Positions 1 through 9,740 of a stretch of DNA of 64,000 nucleotides are shown in pieces. Origin of the DNA: Amoebidium appalachense (taxonomy: Eukaryota > Protista > Ichthyosporea). Numbering within the stretch: the first letter of the stretch is position 1; each line of letters starts with the position of its first letter. The position numbers and the translations under genes were made by a program. The notes below the pieces were generated by a model, which was given only the letters and a program-made list of their open reading frames with translations, was not told where the DNA came from and did no database searches. Location: assembly GCA_963693365.1 (NCBI GenBank), contig CAVNZM010000003.1:8475576-8539575 (forward strand), written 5' to 3'.

Positions 1-2
1 TG

Positions 3-704
3 TGTGACGAGGTGTTTTGGCATGGTAATGTGGACATCATCAACCAAATGAAGGCCCGTGTTACGGAAACCACGGGCCTCATGGAAAAGAAGGGCTGTGA
101 CATCATTACCGTGGAGAGTTGTGAGCGCTATGTGATTCTCAGCAACGAGTCGCACCCGCTAAACCTAGAGGAGGGAGACCGACGATGGGCCTGTTTTGAG
201 TCTTCAGCAGATAGAAAGGGGCAGTTTGCATACTTCGCCGAATTCAAGGAACGACACTCCAATCCATCTGTTCTCCAGGCGATTTTGGACGAACTGATGG
301 CTGAAGTGGATGTCCCCCAACGGATGCCAACCCCCCCAACAACCGAGCTTCGTTCACGGTTGACAGATCTCGGGCGGCCAGATGAACTGCAGTTTCTGCG
401 CGACCTTGTGACGGGCGACAACGGATGCGAGGAGTGGCCCCGAGCAGTCGATGGCCAACGCTTCACCAACAGCGACCTGTTCGACTACTTTCGTTTGTGG
501 CACGAGCGGAACGCGACAGGGCGCAGTCAGAAACCAAGCCAAAAGCTGTTTGGTAGTGCGCTTCGTGCCATTTTGGGGAAACCAGTGGGAACGAAGGTCA
601 ATTCAGCGGCACGGTACTGTTATGTTTTGTCGTTTGAGCAGATTGGTTTGTCGAAAGATGTTTGTCAGGCTATGGAGCAAGACCTTCTCGGTTCACTTGC
701 ATAG
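3..704 (+). CDS. D5-like / DUF5906 (NrS-1-type) SF3 primase-helicase, C-terminal part; the 5' end lies outside the window
   Basis: The frame is open from base 3: CDEVFWHGN (Walker B DE), NQMKARVT, MEKKGCD, YVILSN (motif C), LEEGDRRW (Arg finger), then a winged-helix-like tail SDLFDYFRLWHERN...SQKLFGSAL typical of D5 C-termini. Intronless. Confidence 0.85.
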   Translation, partial: CDEVFWHGNVDIINQMKARVTETTGLMEKKGCDIITVESCERYVILSNESHPLNLEEGDRRWACFESSADRKGQFAYFAEFKERHSNPSVLQAILDELMAEVDVPQRMPTPPTTELRSRLTDLGRPDELQFLRDLVTGDNGCEEWPRAVDGQRFTNSDLFDYFRLWHERNATGRSQKPSQKLFGSALRAILGKPVGTKVNSAARYCYVLSFEQIGLSKDVCQAMEQDLLGSLA

Positions 705-782
705 CCACGGGGATCTTACAACAAGTAGCAACCCAAACACACACCAAAATGGGTTTTTATTATAAATTACTTGCTTGGGCTG

Positions 783-913
783 TTGGTTTACTTAGTGGTA
801 GTCAGGTTGGGAGGTGGTAACTTGAACTTACTTTTCGAAAAAAATAAAAAGGACAAAAATATTTCCAGTGTAAAAGCACCTACAACCCAACTACCTGACT
901 ACCCAGTAGCCAA
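783..913. other. Imperfect inverted repeat flanking an A/T-rich spacer, directly downstream of the primase-helicase (origin-like)
   Basis: ggtagtcagg (797-806) pairs with cctgactacc (894-903), and similarity extends to ~783-811 / 886-913. The spacer contains gaaaaaaataaaaaggacaaaaatattt. Confidence 0.5.
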
Positions 914-937
914 TCTCTCTTTTTTTTGGTGCAATAA

Positions 938-1516
938 ATGAATATGACAGATCATAGATGTACAACATGTAATAAAACTTTTGCAACAAAGCAGAACCTA
1001 CAACGTCATGCAAAATTTCACACCGGTGAAAAACCATATCCGTGTACATGGCCTGGTTGTACGGTAAGGTGTACGCAACAAGTTGGTCTGGATGCACATA
1101 TGACCATACACACCGGAATAAAGAAATACGAGTGCAGTTACGAAGGGTGCAACTACAGGTCTCCACAATCTGGACGGCTTTTACGACACATACGAAGGCA
1201 CACGGGTGAGCGCCCATACGCATGCAACCACGATGAGTGTGGCGCTTGCTTTTCATACAGGGATTCGCTTCTTAGGCACTTACGGGTGCACGATTCAAGA
1301 CAACAGGTGGTATGTGGTGTCACTGGATGCGGGGCGATTCTCAAGAACTCCAACGCGCTTAAATTTCATAACCGCATCCATACAGGTCAGCTCTCCTACA
1401 TATGCGCTGAGGAAGGGTGCTCAAAGGCCTTCTCATGGCGTAGTGGGCTGTGGCGACATCGAAAGGAGGTGCATAAACACAAACAACAAGATCAACCGGG
1501 CAACCAACTCGTGTGA
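938..1516 (+). CDS. Intronless six-finger C2H2 zinc-finger protein (192 aa)
   Basis: Repeated CxxC/CxxxxC...HxxxH fingers with canonical HTGEKPY and HTGERPY linkers; no other domain seen. Confidence 0.92.
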   Translation: MNMTDHRCTTCNKTFATKQNLQRHAKFHTGEKPYPCTWPGCTVRCTQQVGLDAHMTIHTGIKKYECSYEGCNYRSPQSGRLLRHIRRHTGERPYACNHDECGACFSYRDSLLRHLRVHDSRQQVVCGVTGCGAILKNSNALKFHNRIHTGQLSYICAEEGCSKAFSWRSGLWRHRKEVHKHKQQDQPGNQLV

Positions 1517-1570
1517 AGTCCGCCTGGTGCGGCCCAGGAATAAAAATTACAAACTTAACCCCCCCCCCCC

Positions 1571-1825
1571 CTACCACCTGTACACCAGGAGGCCGACCAG
1601 CAGCACGAGCAGCACCATGCATGCAAGCGCTATGCCCCTCCACATCGAAGCGCTCTTGAGCTGTGCATCATGGTCGTCCAATGAAGTGCCCATGTAGAGC
1701 ATGAAGCGCGTGTTGTTGTCGATGGTCAGGTGGTACTCGTGCGGGTCGGCGGCAATGTCATCCCTGCGCACCCACGAGTTACTCGGGTTGTCAAATCTCA
1801 GGTTTGCAATGTTCGGAGAAGTCAT
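1571..1825 (-). CDS. Small orphan protein with a C-terminal transmembrane helix (tail-anchored, ~84 aa)
   Basis: ATG at 1825 (MTSPNIAN...), ending GIALACMVLLVLLVGLLVYRW. Divergent from the ORF at 1906 across 80 bp. Confidence 0.55.
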   Translation of the reverse strand: MTSPNIANLRFDNPSNSWVRRDDIAADPHEYHLTIDNNTRFMLYMGTSLDDHDAQLKSASMWRGIALACMVLLVLLVGLLVYRW

Positions 1826-1905
1826 ACCTTCCGAAGAGATACTTTGGAGCGCCCCCTCCCCAGCAACTCGGGGAGCACACACAGAGATTATGCATCGCAG
1901 TGCTA

Positions 1906-2841
1906 ATGGAACCTAAAAACCGCTGGGACGACGTAGGGCGCGCCAAGACGGAGGACGCACTGACGAGGTACATGGACAGGGTGTGCTCGGGTGAGGATCC
2001 GGAAGGAACATGGTGGTTTCTTCGATGGGGGGGGCTTCGGATGGCGGTTCCTGTAGTAATAGCAGGACCGCACATCGAACTTTGGAGTCTTCAAATCCAA
2101 CACATAACGCGCATAAAGGCCTCGGATTATGAGGTACCGTACAACTCCAACCCTCCCACTACCAACACAACCCGCAGCAGCCCACACATCTATGATATCT
2201 ACAAGAGCGAGGATTATGAGAGTCCGGACAACCCTCACCCCGCTGCCGACACGACCCTTAGTCCCTACGTCTATGAAATCTACATTTTCAGCCAGCCCAG
2301 AACTGAGTTGTTTCCCTATGATAATTTCTTCCATGAAAATTACAGCCGTCAAACCCCTCAATACATTATTAAACAGACCAGGGACGGTTGGGTCTTTTGG
2401 AATGCATACGGGAATCCCGACCTGGACGAGGCCAAAAACACAGCGCCCGGTGTCTCGAGGAGGCCCTACTGGTTTATGCCCGAACTGCTCTTTGAGACCC
2501 TTGTCAAAGAACCGCCCCTGACCAAACCTCGGACCCTGCTCGAGTCAGCCTACCGCGCCGGAGTGTCGCACGGCGCGCCCACCACCATGGCCCCGGGCGG
2601 CGCAACCACCGAGGACCTGAGCACAGCACTTGAAGATTGGGGTGAGCGCTGGCTTGACTATTTTTTCAAAGAGGTCGGCCACGTGGTGGAGGCAGCAGGG
2701 CTGCCGCTGCGCGAGGGTGTCTTTGACAGAGCCTACGGGCGCAACCGCAACCAGGAGTTCGAGGGGGTGGGTGCGGACCTTGATGAGTGGAACGAGGGGA
2801 CCCCCTGGAGCAACGCGGGAGATTTGGGACATGCCTTATAG
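1906..2841 (+). CDS. Orphan protein (~311 aa) with an internal ~27-aa duplication
   Basis: Long, complex, intronless ORF from ATG 1906; SDYEVPYNSNPPTTNTTRSSPHIYDIY resembles EDYESPDNPHPAADTTLSPYVYEIY. Confidence 0.65.
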   Translation: MEPKNRWDDVGRAKTEDALTRYMDRVCSGEDPEGTWWFLRWGGLRMAVPVVIAGPHIELWSLQIQHITRIKASDYEVPYNSNPPTTNTTRSSPHIYDIYKSEDYESPDNPHPAADTTLSPYVYEIYIFSQPRTELFPYDNFFHENYSRQTPQYIIKQTRDGWVFWNAYGNPDLDEAKNTAPGVSRRPYWFMPELLFETLVKEPPLTKPRTLLESAYRAGVSHGAPTTMAPGGATTEDLSTALEDWGERWLDYFFKEVGHVVEAAGLPLREGVFDRAYGRNRNQEFEGVGADLDEWNEGTPWSNAGDLGHAL

Positions 2842-3450
2842 CAAAAAATCTTAAACAGTTTCGGGGTGAATATATAATGTAAATCCAACGATCCAAATAA
2901 TGGTTTTGCAACTTCACATCGGGGTGAATATACAATGTAAATCAAACAACAGAAATAAAAATATCAATGTGCTTGGCGCTTTACTCGCACACTCTGTCGG
3001 AGCACCAGTCTCCGGTATTTTGGCATGAACTCGTCTGCATACACGTACTTCCTTGCACGTCTGTGACCCCTCTTTTTGGACCGACCTCTTCGTTTTGACA
3101 TGACGTTCACCCAAAAATTGTGGGCAACCTCTCCTAGTGAAACCATTTCCTCCTCTTGCACCCAGCCGCGCACAGGTTGCTGGTCCACGCACCCTCCTCG
3201 AGCTCGAGGGACACCTTGCGCCACCCTGATTCTGCGCGCTTGATCTCGCACGCCACCACAATGTCTCCCGGTCGCACACCTGCGGTCCACATGCTTGTGC
3301 AACAGCGCACGCTCAGCACCTCACACTCCGATTCGGGCCCACGTACACACACACCGAAACACGCAAGCGCGCACTCGTGGTCATGCAGCGCCTCGAGAAC
3401 TGGCACCTTGCGAATGAGTGTGCGCCGACGCAGGCGGGGACTCTGGAGGG

Positions 3451-3457
3451 TATAAAA
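3451..3457 (+). promoter_or_regulatory. TATA box of the ORF at 3510
   Basis: gggTATAAAAgcg, 59 bp upstream of an ATG in the context ccATGg. Confidence 0.55.
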
Positions 3458-3509
3458 GCGTGTGTCTGACACGGGGAGCTGCCAGTCTGCATCTGCACCA
3501 GAACCGACC

Positions 3510-4028
3510 ATGGCTTTTGAGCAGGACCTGAAGCTATTTGTCAATCGGCTGTCGCTGCTTGTATCCAACATGACGTTCGACTCGAACGGCGCCGGGAGGG
3601 TGGCAAGCCGGCCGCTACAGCTCCACGCAAGACTCGGCAAGGGCGACACGATGCTGTCGGACACGATGCTGCCGCTGCAGTCGGTGGAAACGTCGAACAG
3701 GACTGGACTCAACCACCTGGTGTTTTCGACGTGTCCACTGGAGGGGGCCGGGGATGCGGTGACCATCGACCTGGATTGGGGCAAGTCGTTTCGGCTGACC
3801 TGGGAGCGCTGGGACACCACGCTGTCGCTGCTGCCACCGAGGGATCCGACGGAGGAGGAGGGCATGAGCGAGGGACGAGCTGTCCCCATGGAGGCAAAGA
3901 GAAAACGAACAACCCTTCTGCGAATCGACTTTTTGAAGGACTTCCTTTGGCATGACATGGGGTGCGACATTCTGTCGCTGCAGTTATATGAATCAGTACA
4001 GAAAAATAGGCGGCAGTGTAGAGAATAA
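3510..4028 (+). CDS. Orphan protein (172 aa)
   Basis: ATG in good Kozak context, GC3-rich codons, upstream TATA box; no family recognised. Confidence 0.6.
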   Translation: MAFEQDLKLFVNRLSLLVSNMTFDSNGAGRVASRPLQLHARLGKGDTMLSDTMLPLQSVETSNRTGLNHLVFSTCPLEGAGDAVTIDLDWGKSFRLTWERWDTTLSLLPPRDPTEEEGMSEGRAVPMEAKRKRTTLLRIDFLKDFLWHDMGCDILSLQLYESVQKNRRQCRE

Positions 4029-4188
4029 TGCAGGTATCTCGCAGTGCGTGTGTGTGTGCGACTGCGCCCCGGATGGTGCAGCACGCGTATATAAGCAGGG
4101 CCACACCCAACGTGTCGTCCGAGCGCATGCTTGTGTGTGCGCACACAAATTTGTAAAAAAGCCAACGTTTTCCTTTGCCCTGAATTCA

Positions 4189-4495
4189 AGTTACTCTGAG
4201 CATAAAATTAATGGTTTTTTATTTGTTTCATGAGTAACAATATCTTACTCAGGGTACTCATTCTGAGTAACACAGACAAGTTTCCCCCACTAGATGTTAC
4301 TCACCCAAATATGGTAAAGGTTTCCTTTTTAGGTATAAAAATATGCAATTGTCATATAGTGAGTAGGATGAGTAGAATGAGTACGTACTCATCTACTGTG
4401 GGCTACGGGTATACCTAAATCTCAATCCAAAAGGAAATTGGAACACCCGGGGGGAGACCAGATGAGTAGGTACTCAAGCTACTCATCCTACTCAC
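4189..4495. repeat. Cluster of TGAGTA/TACTCA motifs including a 36-bp inverted repeat
   Basis: 4359-4394 (gtgagtaggatgagtagaatgagtacgtactcatct) matches the reverse complement of 4460-4495 with 3 mismatches. Further tgagtaaca/tgttactca motifs occur at 4231, 4264 and 4295. Confidence 0.8.
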
Positions 4496-4504
4496 CCCAT
4501 CACT

Positions 4505-4648
4505 GCCTATAGGCATGCCCCGTGTGCAGGGCACTGATTTCTGCCCTCTTCTGGTTGGTGCCAAGAGGCAGTGCCCTACACGTGTGGTGTCTAAACAGCC
4601 TATAGGCATGCTCTGTGTGCAGGGCACTGATTTCTACCCTCTTCTGGT
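4505..4648 (-). repeat. About 1.5 inverted, slightly diverged copies of the 92-bp unit arrayed at 9741-10528
   Basis: ccctcttctggttggtgccaagaggcagtgccctacacgtgtggtgtctaaacagcctataggcatgc is the reverse complement of the 92-bp unit with a few substitutions. Confidence 0.92.
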
Positions 4649-4698
4649 ATTCTGAAATCACTCGCAAGTGTTATCCCTCATGATTGTATCAATCCGTT

Positions 4699-4980
4699 TC
4701 ATGGAGTCTTAGCGGACTGGCCCAGCCGTATGAGACAGGCCCGTAGAAAGTCCTTTTGCTTCTTCAGCTTGTCGTTTTCCAGCTGCAGCTCTTGGTTCTC
4801 CACCACCAAATTCTTGTTCTCTTCGCACACCTTGTTGCGCTCCTCTTGCAGGCCCTTGATCACCTCCCGCTGGTTCTTGTTAATTGTGCGCAGCGCGTCG
4901 TTGTCCTTGTCCATGTCGTTGTTCAACTCCCTCAGCTGCTGGATCAGCCCGTGCAGCCCCTCGTTGGCCTCCTTCAGCAT
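4699..4980 (-). CDS. Short coiled-coil orphan protein (93 aa)
   Basis: Continuous heptad-like pattern (LREL...LRTI...LQEE...LQLE...LKKQ) with GC3-rich codons. The true start may lie upstream of a frameshift. Confidence 0.6.
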   Translation of the reverse strand: MLKEANEGLHGLIQQLRELNNDMDKDNDALRTINKNQREVIKGLQEERNKVCEENKNLVVENQELQLENDKLKKQKDFLRACLIRLGQSAKTP

Positions 4981-5100
4981 CTTGTTGGTCTCTTGCAGCT
5001 GCTTGGTGCCAGTGCATCTTGGCGCTGTGTATCTGTTTCATCCATTGTGTCGTTTGCAGCCGGTTGGGCAGGAGGTGTTTAGTTTTTCTATCTTTCTATC

Positions 5101-5316
5101 CACGAAGCAAAGCAGTGTGAACAAAAAAAAACGTCCCTCTTATTTTTACGAAGCAAAAGTGTGACCCAAAAAAACCGTCCCTCTTACACAGTGCAAAATA
5201 AAGCAAAATCCTATGATGCGCAAACACACCGTGAACTAAAAAAACTCGCCACTGATTATTTACACGAAGTAAAGCAGTGTGAACAAAAAAAAGCGCCCCT
5301 TACACAATGCAAAATA
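5101..5316. repeat. Three degenerate ~40-bp direct repeats upstream of the 4980 ORF
   Basis: acgaag(c/t)aaa..gtgtga.caaaaaaa..cg.ccct.tta at ~5101, ~5147 and ~5263. Confidence 0.65.
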
Positions 5317-5723
5317 AAACACACACACACACACACACCAAGCCATTTGTATCCAGCTCGGACCCCTTTTTGTGCGCACACTTCTGGTTGGTGTATAAGT
5401 ATTGGATCCACGTGAGCGCGAGTTTCCTAAGTGCTGCTCAAAAAGTGACATGTTGTTCCCAGCAGACAGTGCACAGATTCGCTATCAGTTGACATCGTGC
5501 GCAATCTGTCAGCACCATGTGATTGTGTACTTTTCCTGACCAATTTTTGTATCCCTGATAGACAGAATAATGCTCGTAATTGTTGGGAAGCATATTCGTG
5601 TTTTTTTAGGAGTTGCTACATCAAAATACATTGTGTTCAAACACTGATGGCCAAGTTGCAAAGATCGGATTACAATCCAATCTGTCAAAATGACAATTCT
5701 CAAGTCAAAACATGCTCTTGTTG

Positions 5724-5925
5724 ATCCAATCAGAATTCATCAATCAGTCAGCAGATTTGGTTGAGCCCCAACTTATCGGATACACCAAGATGCCTAAATG
5801 ACAATTAGCCAATCAGATGTTCACGCGATCTCTAGATCCAATCAAGCGTTGCGGCTGGGGTATATCCAACCAATCTAATGCAATAAAGCATCTGATGCCA
5901 AAGCCGGGCACGGCATATTAAGCCC
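5724..5925 (+). promoter_or_regulatory. Multi-CCAAT plus TATA-like promoter of the ORF at 6001
   Basis: CCAATC at ~5726, ~5809, ~5838 and ~5870, followed by catattaag at ~5913. Confidence 0.5.
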
Positions 5926-6000
5926 ATACTCTCTTCAATCCACACACCTTTTCCATGTTAGCTAGCTTCTCCCTTGGCACACAACGTACATCCAACTGTC

Positions 6001-6717
6001 ATGAAAATGAGTTCTAAAGACATCAAAGATCTAGAAAGGCGCGCTGAAAAAATAGAGACAAGACTCAAGACTTTGGAGGAGGATGCAAAGGCCCTGCGGG
6101 ACACCCAGGCCCGTTTCGCGCGCGCCCTTGCTAGGCACGCCCGCATGGCTTTAAGCAAGCGCACCACTACAGCAGCAACCGTGGCACCCCCAGCGCTGAC
6201 CGTGGCACCCCCAGCGCTGACCGTGGCACCCCCTGTCCTGGCAGCGGCACCTGCACTTCGTGCTGGCGAGCATGGCAGCTCCTATCCCGTGGACTTGGGC
6301 CCCCTGCCCCTGCAGCGCTCACGTTTGCACATCACACAGGGGTCCAAGACACGGGAGAAACCACCAAGACAGCAGAAGAGGACACGAGAGGAAGTCAAAA
6401 GCTCTGGGTCGGAGGAGGAGCCTTATTTCAACTGGAAGACTGTGTGGTCCAAGACACGGGAGAAACCACCAAGACAGCAGAAGAGGACACGAGAGGAAGT
6501 CAAAAGCTCTGGGTCGGCGGTACAGGAGGAAGTGCCTCCTTGGTTCAAGACCTTGATATGGGGACCTGAGGAGTTGTACTCGTCTTCTGAGGAGCACTCG
6601 TCTTCCGAGTCCAAGACCTTGACACGGGGACAGCAGAAAAGGGCACGAGCCAGTGAAGCCAGCAGCTCTGGGGCGTCTTCCGAGTCTTCAGACGAAGATA
6701 TCAAGGCCAGTACTTAA
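6001..6717 (+). CDS. Orphan protein: N-terminal coiled coil, TVAPPAL repeats, duplicated basic segment and Ser/Glu-rich tail
   Basis: ATG at 6001; 21-bp repeats at ~6178; SKTREKPPRQQKRTREEVKSSGS is duplicated exactly (6341 and 6446, period 105 bp). Confidence 0.65.
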   Translation: MKMSSKDIKDLERRAEKIETRLKTLEEDAKALRDTQARFARALARHARMALSKRTTTAATVAPPALTVAPPALTVAPPVLAAAPALRAGEHGSSYPVDLGPLPLQRSRLHITQGSKTREKPPRQQKRTREEVKSSGSEEEPYFNWKTVWSKTREKPPRQQKRTREEVKSSGSAVQEEVPPWFKTLIWGPEELYSSSEEHSSSESKTLTRGQQKRARASEASSSGASSESSDEDIKAST

Positions 6718-6723
6718 CATTGA

Positions 6724-7834
6724 GTGTACTTAGGGTGGGGCTGTGCAGAGTGTACTTAGGGTGGTGCAGAGTGTACTTAGGGTGGGGCTGTGCAGAGTGT
6801 ACTTAGGGTGGTGCAGAGTGTACTTAGGGTGGGGCTGTGCAGAGTGTACTTAGGGTGGTGCAGAGTGTACTTAGGGTGGGGCTGTGCAGAGTGTACTTAG
6901 GGCTGTGCAGAGGTGTACTTAGGGTGGTGCAGAGGTGTACTTAGGGCTGTGCAGAGGTGTACTTAGGGTGGGGCTGTGCAGAGTGTACTTAGGGTGGTGC
7001 AGAGTGTACTTAGGGTGGGGCTGTGCAGAGTGTACTTAGGGCTGTGCAGAGGTGTACTTAGGGTGGTGCAGAGGTGTACTTAGGGCTGTGCAGAGGTGTA
7101 CTTAGGGTGGGGCTGTGCAGAGTGCACTTAGGGTGGTGCAGAGTGTACTTAGGGTGGTGCAGAGGTCTACTTAGGGTGGTGCAGAGGTGTACTTAGGGTG
7201 GTGCAGACGTGTACTTAGGGTGGTGCAGAGGTCTACTTAGGGTGGTGCAGACGTGTACTTAGGGTGGTGCAGAGGTCTACTTAGGGTGGTGCAGAGGTCT
7301 ACTTAGGGTGGGGCTGTGCAGAGTGTACTTAGGGCTGTGCAGAGGTGTACTTAGGGCTGTGCAGACGTGTACTTAGGGTGGTGCAGAGTGTACTTAGGGT
7401 GGGGCTGTGCAGAGTGTACTTAGGGCTGTGCAGAGGTGTACTTAGGGCTGTGCAGACGTGTACTTAGGGTGGTGCAGAGGTGTACTTAGGGTGGTGCAGA
7501 GGTGTACTTAGGGTGGTGCAGAGGTGTACTTAGGGTGGGGCTGTGCAGAGTGTACTTAGGGTGGGGCTGTGCAGAGTGTACTTAGGGCTGTGCAGAGGTG
7601 TACTTAGGGCTGTGCAGACGTGTACTTAGGGTGGTGCAGAGGTCTACTTAGGGTGGTGCAGACGTGTACTTAGGGTGGTGCAGACGTGTACTTAGGGTGG
7701 TGCAGACGTGTACTTAGGGTGGTGCAGAGGTCTACTTAGGGTGGGGCTGTGCACCACAGTGTACTTAGGGTGGTGCAGAGTGTACTTAGGGTGGTGCAGA
7801 CGTGTACTTAGGGTGGTGCAGACGTGTACTTAGG
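6724..7834 (+). repeat. TTAGGG-containing minisatellite (~50 variant units of 21-28 bp)
   Basis: Units include gtgtacTTAGGGtggtgcaga, gtgtacTTAGGGtggggctgtgcaga and ggtgtacTTAGGGctgtgcaga. The array starts just after the stop codon of the 6001 ORF. Confidence 0.95.
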
Positions 7835-8239
7835 TGGGTGTCTTGTGGTGAAAGTAGAGTTTATGGCATACAGGCAGATGTGTGCTTTAAGCCTTAGGGA
7901 ACTGTGGGCAGACATGTCAACACTTGGGCCTATGGGTAGACGTGTACACACTTAGTGTATTTGTTTGTGTCTCTCATGGTTATTTTATAGCATGAAGCAC
8001 TGCAAAAAATGGTGTATGTTTCCGTGGTCCACGTACACAGAATCCTTTAATATGAACACAAGTGATTGTATAGAAAAAGAGTAAGTACGTACATGATAGT
8101 CTAGTCAGATTACAAAGAACAAATCAACTTGGACCGAGTATATTCAAATACAAACTAAAAGAGAAAAGAAACAAATAAATCAAGACCGATCAATTCAAAT
8201 ACAAATCAAAAGAGAATGCCACTTAGTCGACCAATCAAA

Positions 8240-9445
8240 TCAGTACATCTCATGCTCATACTGGTCAAACTCTTCCTGGTCAAGATCAATGAGGGGAATT
8301 TCTTCAGTTTGTTTATGTTTGGGTTCAGGTTTGCGGTCATACACGACCGACTCACGATCAGACGCAGATTCGTCATCTGTCATATCATCGAGTACCTGAT
8401 TTGCCCGTCGTTTGAGCCGCTTGGGGTTGAATGCTTCATCTGAGTCCCAATCGCATTGATCATGGACGCGTTTGGCGGGTGAGGCAGGTGAAGAGACAGA
8501 CTCATTACCACCTGTGTATGCCTTCAAGTTCTTCTCCCGTCGCAGAATCTTCCTTCGGATGCTTTTTATGGTGTTTTGGGCTGCACACACAGCCTGAGCA
8601 GCAATGGCCAGGCCCTCCGCCATTTCATCTTCAGCCGCCTTTGCCTCTTTGACACGCTCTCGAGCATTCTGGAGCTCCCCCCTCACAATAGTTAGCTGTG
8701 CATCGAGGTCCATCGTATGGTCATGCAACGAAGTCTCAGGTGTTTTGGTGTGCTTGGGCCTGGGCTTAGCGGCAGGGGTGGTCTTGGCAGGAGTGGTCTT
8801 GGTGGTAGGGGTGGTCTTGGCAGGAGTGGTCTTGGTGGTAGGGGTGGTCTTGGCAGGAGTGGTCTTGGTGGTAGGGGTGGTCTTGGCAGGAGTGGTCTTG
8901 GCGGCAGGGGTGGGGGCAGTCACAGGGGCGGTCTTTGCGACAGGGGTGGGGGCAGTCACAGGGGTGGTCTTTGCGGCAGGGGTGGGGGCAGTCACAGGGG
9001 CGGTCTTTGCGACAGGGGTGGGGGCAGTCACAGGGGCGGTCTTTGCGACAGGGGTGGGGGCAGTCACAGTGGTGGTGTTGGCGGCAGGGGTGGGGTCAGC
9101 AGTCACAGTGGTGGTGTTGGCGGCAATGGTAGTCTTGCGAGGGCCACTGAAAATGTAGCTTTCATAGGCCACCTGGCCATCCCGACGGGGTGCTGCAGCC
9201 CGTTGCAGGCTGGCAAGCTCGGCCTGCAGGGTCTTGATCTGCTCTTCGGCTGCCCTCAGTCGTGCCTCTACATCAGAGGGCTGGGGTTGGGGGGGTCGGG
9301 GGGTACGCGCAGCATTCTCATTGGTCACTTGACTGCGGAGGCTGATGAGGTCGGTGTGCAGGGCCGTTAAGCGAGACGAATGGTCCGTGTACAGAAAATC
9401 AAAGCGCTTCTGCAGCTGTTGAAGCTCCTCTTTCAAAGAATCCAT
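8240..9445 (-). CDS. Orphan protein (401 aa): coiled coil, Thr/Pro/Ala repeat linker, second coiled coil, NLS-like and SIM-like acidic tail
   Basis: AKTAPVTAPTP and AKTTPTTKTTP repeats; PKRLKRR; terminal EEIPLIDLDQEEFD. A minus-strand TATAAAA lies at ~9542-9548 with CCAAT motifs further upstream. Confidence 0.75.
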   Translation of the reverse strand: MDSLKEELQQLQKRFDFLYTDHSSRLTALHTDLISLRSQVTNENAARTPRPPQPQPSDVEARLRAAEEQIKTLQAELASLQRAAAPRRDGQVAYESYIFSGPRKTTIAANTTTVTADPTPAANTTTVTAPTPVAKTAPVTAPTPVAKTAPVTAPTPAAKTTPVTAPTPVAKTAPVTAPTPAAKTTPAKTTPTTKTTPAKTTPTTKTTPAKTTPTTKTTPAKTTPAAKPRPKHTKTPETSLHDHTMDLDAQLTIVRGELQNARERVKEAKAAEDEMAEGLAIAAQAVCAAQNTIKSIRRKILRREKNLKAYTGGNESVSSPASPAKRVHDQCDWDSDEAFNPKRLKRRANQVLDDMTDDESASDRESVVYDRKPEPKHKQTEEIPLIDLDQEEFDQYEHEMY

Positions 9446-9740
9446 GTTTCGTGTGAGTGTTTGAAAAACAGGTTTGTTGTGTGTCGCCTTTTACTATTGA
9501 GTGTCAGTGTTGAAATGAGTGAATGTGACCGTGTGTGCTGCTTTTATATGCCACGGTACAAAGCAGCTTACAGCAATGGTGCCAAGGCTCAATGGGATAG
9601 ATCTCTCCAATCAACGGTCATTGTCACTCAAACGGCCTTGATGGTTGGCAAAGTATCACGTCTAAGCTTGATGAAAACAAACCCGTGGCTGCTAACCATT
9701 GGCCGGGTATAGATCTAACCAAAAAAGGAAGGCACAACAA

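Noticed and set aside
2964-3420. Minus-strand gene between the 1906 and 3510 ORFs
   Set aside because: Two overlapping frames without a clear start or recognisable domain; possibly a frameshifted orphan, but not supportable.
6724-7834. True telomere or CRISPR array
   Set aside because: TTAGGG hexamers are not contiguous and the array is internal, with genes on both sides; the variable parts are a few recurring variants rather than unique spacers.
8604-9370. Gly/Val-rich or RGG-repeat ORFs on the + strand
   Set aside because: They are antisense shadows of the repeat linker in the 8240-9445 gene.
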